From NCBI GenBank assembly GCA_000165345.1, contig CM000430.1:416001-480000 (forward strand): a stretch of DNA of 64,000 nucleotides, given 5' to 3'. The notes beneath the pieces were generated by a model. The model worked only from the letters and a program-made list of their open reading frames with translations, had not been told where the DNA came from and searched no databases. Shown piece by piece: positions 53,371-63,994 of the stretch. The translations under genes and the position numbers were made by a program. How positions within the stretch are numbered: position 1 is the stretch's first letter; each line of letters starts with the position of its first letter.

Positions 53371-56300
53371 CTAAACCTGGGGTCTTGACTGTACAATAGC
53401 TATACTAAATGATTTTATGCTTGATCCTTGGCAATCTTCAATTATACAGCCCTCAATATCCTGTGGTATTTCGTCAAACTCATCTTGAACATAAAACGCT
53501 ATTGTTGCCAATTGTTTCAGTGCTTCATTTCTGTAATCTTGATCTTTTATTATTGGCTGACTCAGATACTTAACATATTTACTAATAGGATCGAATAGCG
53601 GAACTGACTGAAATACTCCTGCTCCTGCAAACCCTTCAATATCTTCTGCATTTGAGTCTGACCTAAAAATGAAGTTGCAAGGTATGTTACAATGATCAAT
53701 TAAGCTTCTATTATTTTGAGAAATTGGATTAAACATTGCAGTTGATTTTGAGGGAAACGAAACGACATTGATATTTTGAATAAAACTTTTATCTTTGTAA
53801 TTTTTACAGTTCCTTTTTCTTAATGCAGTAAATCCCATAGATTTCCCAAGTGTATTCGAAACTAATGTTTCCCCTAATCCAATAACCAATTCTCCATACA
53901 TCTCTTCGTATTCTGCTAAGTTAATATTCTTATTCTGAATTGGGTTTTTGCTGTGTAGTACAAAAGCGTATTTGGCATTCATTAACCTTTGAATTGCAAT
54001 CGACATGTATACATTTGACAGTGGTAATCCAATTTTTTTCATGTTCAAGAATGAAATTGGCTGATATACAGACATCCAAACCTTTATAATTTTCTCCCAA
54101 ATTAATTTCATCGAGTTGGAATGTTTTTGAATCCTTTCTTTATTAATTGCTTTTATAGTATCAACATTTATATTTTCTAAATCTAGCTGTACAAGTATTT
54201 TCATCGCATTTATTAATTCCTCAATTAGCTGAGTGCATGGTTCGACTTCATATTCAATGATATTGCAAACATTTTTAAGTATTTCAGATGCCTCTGGATT
54301 TTCTATTTTACATTGTTCTTCAAGAATATTTAGTTGGGAGGTTATTTTTTCAAATGTGCTGCTGTTCAATAATTTGTTCAATGTACCAAATGGTAAAGAA
54401 ACACAACTTGGTACAAAAAAAGGTAGTTCAATACTTTTTGATGTAAATAATCGTCTTAGCTTGACGAGGTTTAATGCCTTTTGCCCGACATTATTATTAT
54501 CCATTTCGCTTGGTAGTAAAACCCATTTGTTTAAGCCTTTAATTTTGTTTTTAAATTCGAAAAATCTTGATTTATACTTTACCTTTACTTGACTCAAAGA
54601 TTTGGTTGCAATCAATTCATTTTTATCTAAAATCTCATTGTTTTTACTGATATCTAGCCTCAAATCGCTTCTAATTTGTAAATTAATTATTTCATTTTCC
54701 TCTATAGAATTAATGAATTCTGAAATTTGAGGGTTTTGGCAAACAACTAGTAAAACATTCATATTCCTTGCTCTAACCGATAAATGAGAAAGTAAATCTG
54801 GTGAGTTTTCAGGGTTTGTCAAAATTATCCCAATTACATTCATTGGAATATCTTCCTCTCCAGAAATATTCGAGCAAGAAATTATTTTCTTATACGGATC
54901 TTCAGCAAGTTCTGTTATTTTGTTCAATTTCTTAAAAATTCCAGTGAAAATTTGGTCATCTCTCCATGAGGGGTGATAACTAATAAATTGCCAATCACTC
55001 AATTCATTAGGATCAGTTTTATTTAATAAATATTTATTTACTCGTTTAATTTGAAGTGAAATTGTGGAATATAGTGTAGAACGCAAAATTTCATCCATAA
55101 AATTTTTTATTATTGGATCGTCTTTAGATAGACCAATGCTTCTTCCGAAGAAAGTAACTTTTGGGTTCCATATTGAAAAAATATTATCCATCATTGATCC
55201 AATAAAAAGCTGTAGCCTATCTACTAAACTCTTCAAAATAAGAATATAGTTTTCTGTTGATTTATTCAATATTTTGAATTCTTTCCAATCAAAAATAATT
55301 GCTTCTAATTCTTTATTACACGGGTCATGCCCAAATAATATCCAGATGAAAGAATTCATTTCATCAATGAGATGTATAATATTATCATAGTTGTTATTTA
55401 TAGTGCAGATTGTTTGTATAAACATGCACTGCAAGTTTTCCAGGCCTAAATCCAAGTACATTATTTCTTTAATTGCATGAAAATTGCAAGTATCTGTATC
55501 CAATTGTTTCCCTCCGTATAAATTATAAATCAAATTTAAAATTTCTTCTCTTGCCCTATTAACATGCATTAATCGACCATGTAAAACATTTAAGTCTTTG
55601 GTGTTATCAAACCGTTTATTTTCCCCAAATATCACAGATGCGCAGATATTTTGTGATCTTTCATCCAAGTACTCTCTTGAATAATGAAATGATCTTTGAA
55701 GGTTTGATGCTTCGTGAACATCCACCAGCACCTCTAAATATTGTTCAAAATCAGATGCAAGAGTATTAACATCTAAGAAAGGAGGAATATATGGCTTTGA
55801 AGTAATTGGACGGTCATAAGATCTAATTTTTTCCCAAGATAATCCTTCTTCATGAAGTATCTTTGAAAAAATTTCTTCATTACCATTGTTTCTAAGGTAT
55901 CCAATAATTGAACGACATATTCCAACATCATCCGGAGTTGTATTATTATGTAACTTTTGATGCCATTGCTCGTAAAAGGTTCCATGATCTTCTGGAATAC
56001 GATTCTTATGCATAATATGTAGTATCCTATCTCTTACTTCCTGCCCACGAGATCCGCCTCTAATAATTGACTGGGCAATTAATCTAATTTGGTATCTGTA
56101 TTGAGGCATCTCCAGCCACTTTGATATTAGCGTTAATGAAGCTGTTTCTGCTGATTGAGCTAATAACCTCGGAGCAGTGTTATAATTTCTTTGCCAATCT
56201 AATACTCCAAGAGAATTAAATCTCATCCAAATCATAATCCATGCCCAGAATTCTTCACCACAAAGTATTGCGTCTCTAATATTCTCGGAGTTTATTGCTA

Positions 56301-58329
56301 TCAAATTATGATCAGTAGACTCTCGTTTGTTATTGGTTTCAAAGTCATACCATAATATTACATTTGAATTAGATATAAATTTGTAAGTACCATTTATAAA
56401 TTCATTTGACCATTTTTTAATAATCTGATCCATTAAATTATATCTGTGCATCAAAGTTATACTTCCCCATTCAACTTCTGCATTAATGATATCAAATACT
56501 ATATCTGACCAAATTCCTTTCCATCTGTCATTTTTTTTTTCTTGGAAGGAGATTACAATTTCTATATCTTTATCTCCTTCCTTGTGCCAACAAACATGAC
56601 CATTCTCGTCTAATGTCTTAAAAACACAAACGAACCGATCAAATGGCATTGAATCTATTAATTTGATTTTTATTTCAACTTCTTGTTCAAATATGTAATC
56701 ATCTACTTTATTTATTTCAGGCATATCGATTTCAGTTGAATCTTCACTTATTTCGTTGTATTCTGAAGATGAACAAAAATTTGAAAGATTTCTCCAGCTC
56801 TTTTTCCCTCTTATTGTTCGATCCAACATTCCACAGTGCAATACAAGTTTTCTTTTTGAAATCGTTTTTAATCTGATTATGCTATTTCCATTTTGAAGAG
56901 CAGATAGAATATGTAATTTTCCAATACCTTCGGAAATATCTACAATTTTATTTGTAATAATAAATTCAGATGAAATTAAATTAACCTTTAAAAATTCTTC
57001 GATTGATTTGTCTATTTCGGATAGAAATCTTTTTAGATTAAATTCCCAAGTTTGATTAGTTTTTTTCTTATTTATATCAAAGATAGAATTTAGAGACTTT
57101 TCTTCTTCATGATGGATAGAATATGGTAATTTAAAAATAAAGTCTTTATTGTTCTCTGACTTCACCCACTTAATTGGATATTTTGAAGTTTGTTTTGGCT
57201 TAAGCTTGATTACATAAACAAAACCTTTAAATAGCTGTAAAATTTCAATTGGAAATATTAATTTACATATAGAGTAATACTTTGTGATAATAAAATTTGT
57301 TTCGACAGACATTTCATCTATCCTAGTAAAATTTGAAATTAGATTGTGCCTTCTCAAATATTCGTATGGAGATAACCAATTTATCTTCTGCGTACATTTT
57401 GTAAAGCCAAAGTGAAGAGCCAATTCATATTCTTCGAGGTTAAATTTATTTTGATAATTATAGCTTGAGTTACCAATATCCGTATAAACTATTAATTCAA
57501 AAAAATCGTTGTTTTGAAATTTTTCATATGTTTTACAGGATACGACCCAAACACAATTATTCTCTGTGGTAAATTCATTGTATGAATATATAAATGAATC
57601 ATTAAGGATGAAGTGGGCATTTTTGTCTGTTGTATTTAATGATTTGGATTTTAAAGTATCTTCTGAATCCAATCCAATTTCAGAGAATTTTTGGAATAAA
57701 TGTTGATTTTGTTGGTCTTCGGAAATAATTAGTTCTATCCACTCTAAAAGGAATAACACTCTTCCAATTGGAATAAAAAAGTCAGAATTGTGTCTATCCA
57801 AATCTTTAATCCATATTTTCTCAGTTAAAAATAGTTCATTATTGGTAGAGTGAGGTGAAATTGAATACAGTACAAATGATATTCCCCACTCTTTGTTTAT
57901 TCCGTTAAGCCAATCCGGAGAATTTTTACAATTTTCTGTTTCATTAAATTCAACTTCATTAATAGAGATATATTTATGGGAAGATTTTAGATGAAGAATA
58001 TCAAGCATAATTTTGCAAGAATAAAATGAAAAATCGTCCGATATTTTAAGGCCAGTTTTACACGAGATTCCATCGTCATTTTTCTCTATTGTAGAACCAT
58101 TGGATAAAAAAAGACAATTTAAAGGCTGCATCCATTTAGATTTACTTTTTGGAACAATTCCCCAATGAAGTGTTATCAATTGATTTAAAAAATTATTATT
58201 TCGATATAAAAAGTTAATTTTTAAAGCTCTATTTTTATTTTCAAGTTCAACTTTGACTTGAATTTTTCCTCCGTTTGAGCAGTTAAAGTTATAAAGTTGA
58301 AACAATTGTATACCATTACCTTCATTCAT
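53371..58329 (-). CDS. Alpha-glucan, water dikinase (GWD/R1 family), 1652 aa
   Basis: Phosphohistidine-domain motif LLSHLSVRARNMNV (GWD consensus SHVSVRARN). C-terminal nucleotide-binding domain ending GFAGAGVFQSVPL...IPQDIEGCIIEDCQGSSIKSFSIAIVQSRPQV (GWD ends ...PQDIEGVV.DGKIYVVQTRPQM). Confidence 0.8.
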   Translation of the reverse strand: MNEGNGIQLFQLYNFNCSNGGKIQVKVELENKNRALKINFLYRNNNFLNQLITLHWGIVPKSKSKWMQPLNCLFLSNGSTIEKNDDGISCKTGLKISDDFSFYSCKIMLDILHLKSSHKYISINEVEFNETENCKNSPDWLNGINKEWGISFVLYSISPHSTNNELFLTEKIWIKDLDRHNSDFFIPIGRVLFLLEWIELIISEDQQNQHLFQKFSEIGLDSEDTLKSKSLNTTDKNAHFILNDSFIYSYNEFTTENNCVWVVSCKTYEKFQNNDFFELIVYTDIGNSSYNYQNKFNLEEYELALHFGFTKCTQKINWLSPYEYLRRHNLISNFTRIDEMSVETNFIITKYYSICKLIFPIEILQLFKGFVYVIKLKPKQTSKYPIKWVKSENNKDFIFKLPYSIHHEEEKSLNSIFDINKKKTNQTWEFNLKRFLSEIDKSIEEFLKVNLISSEFIITNKIVDISEGIGKLHILSALQNGNSIIRLKTISKRKLVLHCGMLDRTIRGKKSWRNLSNFCSSSEYNEISEDSTEIDMPEINKVDDYIFEQEVEIKIKLIDSMPFDRFVCVFKTLDENGHVCWHKEGDKDIEIVISFQEKKNDRWKGIWSDIVFDIINAEVEWGSITLMHRYNLMDQIIKKWSNEFINGTYKFISNSNVILWYDFETNNKRESTDHNLIAINSENIRDAILCGEEFWAWIMIWMRFNSLGVLDWQRNYNTAPRLLAQSAETASLTLISKWLEMPQYRYQIRLIAQSIIRGGSRGQEVRDRILHIMHKNRIPEDHGTFYEQWHQKLHNNTTPDDVGICRSIIGYLRNNGNEEIFSKILHEEGLSWEKIRSYDRPITSKPYIPPFLDVNTLASDFEQYLEVLVDVHEASNLQRSFHYSREYLDERSQNICASVIFGENKRFDNTKDLNVLHGRLMHVNRAREEILNLIYNLYGGKQLDTDTCNFHAIKEIMYLDLGLENLQCMFIQTICTINNNYDNIIHLIDEMNSFIWILFGHDPCNKELEAIIFDWKEFKILNKSTENYILILKSLVDRLQLFIGSMMDNIFSIWNPKVTFFGRSIGLSKDDPIIKNFMDEILRSTLYSTISLQIKRVNKYLLNKTDPNELSDWQFISYHPSWRDDQIFTGIFKKLNKITELAEDPYKKIISCSNISGEEDIPMNVIGIILTNPENSPDLLSHLSVRARNMNVLLVVCQNPQISEFINSIEENEIINLQIRSDLRLDISKNNEILDKNELIATKSLSQVKVKYKSRFFEFKNKIKGLNKWVLLPSEMDNNNVGQKALNLVKLRRLFTSKSIELPFFVPSCVSLPFGTLNKLLNSSTFEKITSQLNILEEQCKIENPEASEILKNVCNIIEYEVEPCTQLIEELINAMKILVQLDLENINVDTIKAINKERIQKHSNSMKLIWEKIIKVWMSVYQPISFLNMKKIGLPLSNVYMSIAIQRLMNAKYAFVLHSKNPIQNKNINLAEYEEMYGELVIGLGETLVSNTLGKSMGFTALRKRNCKNYKDKSFIQNINVVSFPSKSTAMFNPISQNNRSLIDHCNIPCNFIFRSDSNAEDIEGFAGAGVFQSVPLFDPISKYVKYLSQPIIKDQDYRNEALKQLATIAFYVQDEFDEIPQDIEGCIIEDCQGSSIKSFSIAIVQSRPQV

Positions 58330-58682
58330 CTCTTTAGTACATCTAAGATATAATTCTGTGCTTGAAATAATGCATGTTTAATAATTGTATTTCAATTTAG
58401 CTTAGGCTGCAGCTTGCGCATGTATTTAAATTGACTATTTTTTACATGCATGTAAATTCAAAAAGCCGGTTTAACCAACAATTATCAGGCGGTCCATTCT
58501 TATTTGAGAGGATATTTAATTTAATTAATAATAAATTATAACTATTGAAATTATTTGTACACAATTGTTTAATTTATTTAGCAAATTTACACAAAGTACC
58601 ACACTCGTCTTTGAAAAGTGAACATCTTTAATAATTTAATATACTGGAGTTTGCCTTTGTACTGATTTAAACATTCTTTACT

Positions 58683-60398
58683 ATGGAGGAAGAATCACCA
58701 GTTGGCTCTCCAATTCTAATATTAGATAAAAGCGATCCTGTATTTAATAGTGAATCCGAAGATGAAAATGTTTCTTATTCTGTGATTGATGTGGAAAGGA
58801 GAGAGAGGGTGGTGGAGACGTTTTCTTGGAGTCCTCAAGGAAGAGGGGCAGAAGCTGAGTGTAGGATTTCTATTGAGGAGTTTAGAATTCGAATAAAAAA
58901 TCTTTGCCAAGACTATTTTTTAGATTTTAAAACCCAAGACTTTATCAATGGACTAAAATGTATTTCTTGCCCTTCTTTACATAATTTAGTGATAGTAATT
59001 ACTATCAGAATGGCATTAGATTATAGTTTGAGCGTGCAACAACAGGTATCAGCACTGCTAACGATATTGAAAGACTCTCACTTGATTACTCAACAACAAA
59101 TTGAAGATGGCTTAGAAAAGCTTATCCAGTCTATAGACGATATATGTTTGGATGCGCCCTATTCTCCGGAGAGACTGGAATGCCTTGTAGATTGCGCAAT
59201 AGTTGACGGCATTATTCCATCTAATTTCAGATGTAGGTATCCTGAAGCTTTCCTAAACAAGCTGATTGAACTTCGTAGAATATCAGAAAATAATCCAAAA
59301 GAAATTTTTAATGTAAGTGAAATAGAGGGGCTGAATCTTCATCTAAAAACTCTTAGAACATTCAAGTCATTTATACTTGAAAATGAGGAGGACTTCTTTT
59401 CTTCAGGTTTTAACATTACCGAAGTTGAAAAAATAATATCAGATGCCCATTTGGCAGCTTATAAAACTGCATTTTGGAATGGAATTGACTGGACGGCTAG
59501 TTCTTTCGCGGAAAAGTCTTCTAGCGAAGCCAATTCAGTTCCTTCAACACTGTGTTTCAATCACGAGTTTGTAAAGAATATTGTAATTTCATCAATGAGC
59601 CGGAACAATTTACAAAGAGAGCTAGTTTCTAATGGGTTGAATTTATTATCGCCTTCGATAATCAATTCAGTTGACATCTCACTTGGATTTATGAGGATTC
59701 TTGGAAACTTGGATGATTTATCTCTAGACGTGCTTAATGCATGCGACCTTACAACTAAATTTATCGCAAGATGTATTGTGGACGAACTACTTCCACCTTC
59801 ATTTATAACGGTGAATTCAATTCTTCATATGGGAGGTCCTGGCGGAACTCAAGCTTTGAATATGTCCGAGCAGTTTTTACGCAACAAGCCGAGAAATTTG
59901 TTGAGACATCAGACACAAAATATCTGGTTGCAAAGTGAAGATGTGAAGGAGGATATTTTAATTAAGATGGAAGTTACAAAAGCACTAGATAAATATTCAA
60001 TTTCTCTTGACAAAAGAGAATGCATAAAAACACTTCACTCACTACCATTAACACAAACAAATAAAAAATACTTAGTTAAGTATATTATTCTTCACTTTAT
60101 TGAAAAAGTATCGCTAGGTTCAGATGATCAGTTATCAAATTATACTGGCGGCGATCAGTTTAAAAATAATTTCGTAGAGTTTTGTGACCGTGAGATGAGA
60201 GCAGGTATATCTTTACTAGAGTACTTATTGAGCCAAGGGTTCCTTGACGAGGATACAATTATGGAAGGATTTCATATATATCCAGATACTACACGTGACT
60301 TTGCATCAGTAGACCAACAAACACAAGAGGTTTTTTCAGTTTTTGTTTCAAAAGCAATAGAGCGCGCCCTGCTTCCATATAATTGGAAAACAAACTAG
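58683..60398 (+). CDS. MA3-domain protein, PDCD4-like (two MA3 repeats), 571 aa
   Basis: Two helical repeats, each ending in the MA3 signature LD(A/V)P...LE(C/N)...(A/I)(I/V)xD..(I/L)P..F: repeat 1 ICLDAPYSPERLECLVDCAIVDGIIPSNF, repeat 2 LSLDVLNACDLTTKFIARCIVDELLPPSFI. Confidence 0.55.
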   Translation: MEEESPVGSPILILDKSDPVFNSESEDENVSYSVIDVERRERVVETFSWSPQGRGAEAECRISIEEFRIRIKNLCQDYFLDFKTQDFINGLKCISCPSLHNLVIVITIRMALDYSLSVQQQVSALLTILKDSHLITQQQIEDGLEKLIQSIDDICLDAPYSPERLECLVDCAIVDGIIPSNFRCRYPEAFLNKLIELRRISENNPKEIFNVSEIEGLNLHLKTLRTFKSFILENEEDFFSSGFNITEVEKIISDAHLAAYKTAFWNGIDWTASSFAEKSSSEANSVPSTLCFNHEFVKNIVISSMSRNNLQRELVSNGLNLLSPSIINSVDISLGFMRILGNLDDLSLDVLNACDLTTKFIARCIVDELLPPSFITVNSILHMGGPGGTQALNMSEQFLRNKPRNLLRHQTQNIWLQSEDVKEDILIKMEVTKALDKYSISLDKRECIKTLHSLPLTQTNKKYLVKYIILHFIEKVSLGSDDQLSNYTGGDQFKNNFVEFCDREMRAGISLLEYLLSQGFLDEDTIMEGFHIYPDTTRDFASVDQQTQEVFSVFVSKAIERALLPYNWKTN

Positions 60399-60466
60399 TT
60401 CAATTCACTTTCTGCGATTAATATTCTACTCATAATGATATTTGCTAGGTAAATGTAGATATAATA

Positions 60467-63400
60467 TTAAATTTTTGAGAATTTATTGCAGTTATGTTTT
60501 AATATGGATTTTTGGTTCAAAATCATATTGTATAAGGAATATAGATCGCAGCTGTAACTCCAATCTAATAAATTATCAGGAAAGTCAAGAAAGTCATTTT
60601 CTATTGATTTCAACAACTTCTCGTAATCAATTTTAGAACTTTTTATAGAATTCAACAGACAGTTGTTATTTAGTTGTAATGCCATTTCAACAAAATTATC
60701 GTTATATTCTGTTTTATTTCGCTGATAGATCAGAGGAAACTTCGGTATTTCCGTATTAAAAGAGTGATCCAAAGCTTTCATATCTATTCCGAGAACTAGC
60801 TTGTCAGCATCTTCATTTGCATCCGAAATATTGCAAAATGGAGAAAACAAGATGCTTTCTGGACTTGGAATATTTTCGTTATATTTTTGATCGTCAGTTT
60901 CTGTAGTATCTTTTGTATTAAAAAAATCAATGACAAAAATCCATTGATAGAGGTGGAATTCAGGAATATCCAATAAAGATGCCAGGTCAACGAATTTCAT
61001 TGCTGAAATTTTGAGCCTCTTGTGATTTTTTAATCTAAAAATTTTAATTAATTCTGCTAAAACTATTGGCCAAAGTGGCATTAAAGATTGATAGTGTACC
61101 TTCAGTAAAAGTACTCTGAGGCATAGTATAACTTGCTCTGCTAAATAAACGAAATGGAGGCTAATATTTGAGTCAGAATCAATTAAATATTCTGGAGCCA
61201 GTTTTAAATTTTCAACCAGTTTTTCTAAAATGAGTGAAAGTTGTAATTGAAACGTATTCTCTGGGCAGCAAAAAATTAAAAAAGCAAGTCTTTTTATGTG
61301 GTTGCACCTATTTTGAAGTTCTGCAGCTTTTGTACTAAAAATTCCCATACTTTGTAAAGAAACATAAGTCTCGAGGATATTAACTCTTCCAACAGCAGAT
61401 AATGAAGTTGAATCGTATGAGACTAACTTTGAAATAATATTTGTCCAACATCTAAATGTTCTTCTGTCAATACAGAAAAAATTAGGTGAGTTCAAAGCTT
61501 CAATTACTGGCTTTCTGATACCTGAAAGGTAGTCTGGGAAAATCCTAAAAGGAAATGTGTCAATGTGAAGTAGCAGAAAGTATTTATGAATCATATTTGC
61601 GACATTATTATTCCTTTTTAGCAAGGGTTGGAACATCCAATCTAATGATTTAACTATACATGAGCCCCAAATATTTCTAAGAAACAGTCTTTTGTTACTT
61701 ACATGGAACGCAACCTCAGTATTATACATAATTAGGAACCCCAGAGAATAATATGAAAAAAGTAAACTGGGGTCATCACTAACAATTGATTTCGGACTAT
61801 TTCCTTGAATATTCGAGATTTCACGGGGAAGCTGTGATTCATGAGAAAAATCAAATTCTATTGATTGGAGAATTGCCTCAATATTTGGAGGAAGGGGCGG
61901 AAATTTATCAAATTGTTGAGGAAGAGCAGCCCCTGAAACTTTTGACGAGAAATTTTCTTGTAATAAAAATAGTACCATATAAATCAAATTATTTAAATTT
62001 CTAATCATTTTTTTATCTTCAAAAATACATAAAAGTCTTTTATCAAGGAAAAAAGATGAAGGCACATCTTTTGAGGAGGACATAGAACTATCAAGTGTTG
62101 AAAGTATTGTTGCAAACCATAATATACTTTTTGGTTGTTTAACATTTTGAAGGAATAAATTAAGTAATGTTGAAATAATTTCCCAAAGATTAAGAAATTC
62201 ATCTTGACCATTTGAAAATGGAGACGTTACGAGAACAGTGTATAAAAAGTGGTAAACCATTGTTTCTTTCCAAAATTTATGACAATAGATCCAACCTTTA
62301 TCTATGGTAATTTTTGAAAAGAATAATACATAACTTGGAACCTTTGCATCTTGAGTTTCATTATTATGGTTAAACTTCGTATTGTTTGGAGTACTGACAA
62401 CATTTGAATTGAGCCAAAAATATGAAAGAAAGTCACCAACTACAGAAAAAATGGTTGCAGGGCCAATCAATTCTTTGATTGAATTTAACTGAAATATTGA
62501 AATAATTGAAATATTTCTTAAGTCATTCGTATTTTCTTGATTTGATGAATTTCTTGATTTTGTTTTTATTATTTGATTATTTACATGAGACCAACAGGTA
62601 ATTCCTGAAAAAACAAATGCATCTGAAGCATTCCAAGCAATAATAAATGCAATTGAATCTACATAACGTAAAATTTGAGAACATACCATATCAAGATTTG
62701 CGGTTTCTTTTGACAATCTAATTTCATGTACAAAGTTGACTGATTCAATTAAAGCACTAAACAAAATTAAAATTGTATTCTTCAAAATTAAAGTTTTTGA
62801 AATTTTTGTTATAGAGCTAATTGTTTCAGGTGGATTATTAAGTAGTTGGGGAATGTGAACTAGGGAGTTGAGTTCAATATTAATGTTTTTATTTGGATAG
62901 GACTTTTGCGAACTAAAAAGCGAATAAATAAATCCTGAATTATTCTGAAAATTATTAGGTTTAGATTCACTGAGAGTATTTGAAGTAGGTAAAATTCCAA
63001 TAATATTCAATATAACTTTTAAAATTGAATCCAAGTATTGTAAAATTGCTGAATAGTTTTTATTAGAAATAGATACAACAAGTTCCATACACAAACATAA
63101 AATTATGGATTTAGCATTTTGAATAAGGGTTTCTTGATCAAGGTCTTCAAAAATTGATAGTGAAAGATCTAAATATGGTTTTATTAGTGACGAACACGAT
63201 GAAATAGATGAGTAATTTGTTGAAAAAATATAATGGTCATTTTTATTAATTTCAATTAGATTGTTGGATAAATTTGGGGTTTGCTGTATTCCACTGATCA
63301 AAATCGTAAAAAGCTTGGTATTTGCCGAAATAAGGCAGGATGGTTCAAGTTTATTACTAATACTTTTATATTGCCTTTGAATAAGTAGTATTGTATTCAG

Positions 63401-63994
63401 AAGTTGAATAGTCGGTGCTTGTAATGGGTATTTCCTTGTTGTTATTGATTCCTGCAAAGCCTCCAATACTAAGTTAATAATATTATACAAAATAGTCATT
63501 AATTTGTCTTCATAGTTGAATTTCTTTGAAACTACATAGTTATTACATATTTTATTTAAAATAAAATTCAAAGAATTAATTGCTGTACAATTCACCCTTA
63601 AATCACTAGAATTTGGAATATCAGCAATAAATAATGCAAGACAAATAAAAGAGAATGCTTCGAAATAATTCAATATTTCATATTGAAAAATATTAAGCGA
63701 GATTGGTAATTTATCAATTTTTGTATCAAAAAACACTTGAATAATATTAATATTTTCCATTGATATTAAGGCAACTAATCGCTCCAAAGAATAGATTATT
63801 CTTGCAAAATCTAAGCCATCTTTATATTGTAACCTTTTACTCGTTAAAAGGACGAATTCAAATCCTGATAAGTCAGCAAGAAGATGGTCCAAAATTAATT
63901 TTGGCGTTTCCATAGCTTGTATAATCCAAATTGAACAAGATGATTTAAGTTGAATGGAGTTTGAATCTAGACCTTCTAGAATTAGAAACGTCAC
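60467..63994 (-). CDS. Large Leu/Ile-rich helical-repeat protein (HEAT/ARM-like?), at least 1175 aa, truncated at the 5' end by the window
   Basis: Open reading frame runs from the stop at 60467 to the window edge with no start codon inside the window. No catalytic motif recognised. Confidence 0.5.
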   Translation of the reverse strand: MTFLILEGLDSNSIQLKSSCSIWIIQAMETPKLILDHLLADLSGFEFVLLTSKRLQYKDGLDFARIIYSLERLVALISMENINIIQVFFDTKIDKLPISLNIFQYEILNYFEAFSFICLALFIADIPNSSDLRVNCTAINSLNFILNKICNNYVVSKKFNYEDKLMTILYNIINLVLEALQESITTRKYPLQAPTIQLLNTILLIQRQYKSISNKLEPSCLISANTKLFTILISGIQQTPNLSNNLIEINKNDHYIFSTNYSSISSCSSLIKPYLDLSLSIFEDLDQETLIQNAKSIILCLCMELVVSISNKNYSAILQYLDSILKVILNIIGILPTSNTLSESKPNNFQNNSGFIYSLFSSQKSYPNKNINIELNSLVHIPQLLNNPPETISSITKISKTLILKNTILILFSALIESVNFVHEIRLSKETANLDMVCSQILRYVDSIAFIIAWNASDAFVFSGITCWSHVNNQIIKTKSRNSSNQENTNDLRNISIISIFQLNSIKELIGPATIFSVVGDFLSYFWLNSNVVSTPNNTKFNHNNETQDAKVPSYVLFFSKITIDKGWIYCHKFWKETMVYHFLYTVLVTSPFSNGQDEFLNLWEIISTLLNLFLQNVKQPKSILWFATILSTLDSSMSSSKDVPSSFFLDKRLLCIFEDKKMIRNLNNLIYMVLFLLQENFSSKVSGAALPQQFDKFPPLPPNIEAILQSIEFDFSHESQLPREISNIQGNSPKSIVSDDPSLLFSYYSLGFLIMYNTEVAFHVSNKRLFLRNIWGSCIVKSLDWMFQPLLKRNNNVANMIHKYFLLLHIDTFPFRIFPDYLSGIRKPVIEALNSPNFFCIDRRTFRCWTNIISKLVSYDSTSLSAVGRVNILETYVSLQSMGIFSTKAAELQNRCNHIKRLAFLIFCCPENTFQLQLSLILEKLVENLKLAPEYLIDSDSNISLHFVYLAEQVILCLRVLLLKVHYQSLMPLWPIVLAELIKIFRLKNHKRLKISAMKFVDLASLLDIPEFHLYQWIFVIDFFNTKDTTETDDQKYNENIPSPESILFSPFCNISDANEDADKLVLGIDMKALDHSFNTEIPKFPLIYQRNKTEYNDNFVEMALQLNNNCLLNSIKSSKIDYEKLLKSIENDFLDFPDNLLDWSYSCDLYSLYNMILNQKSILKHNCNKFSKI

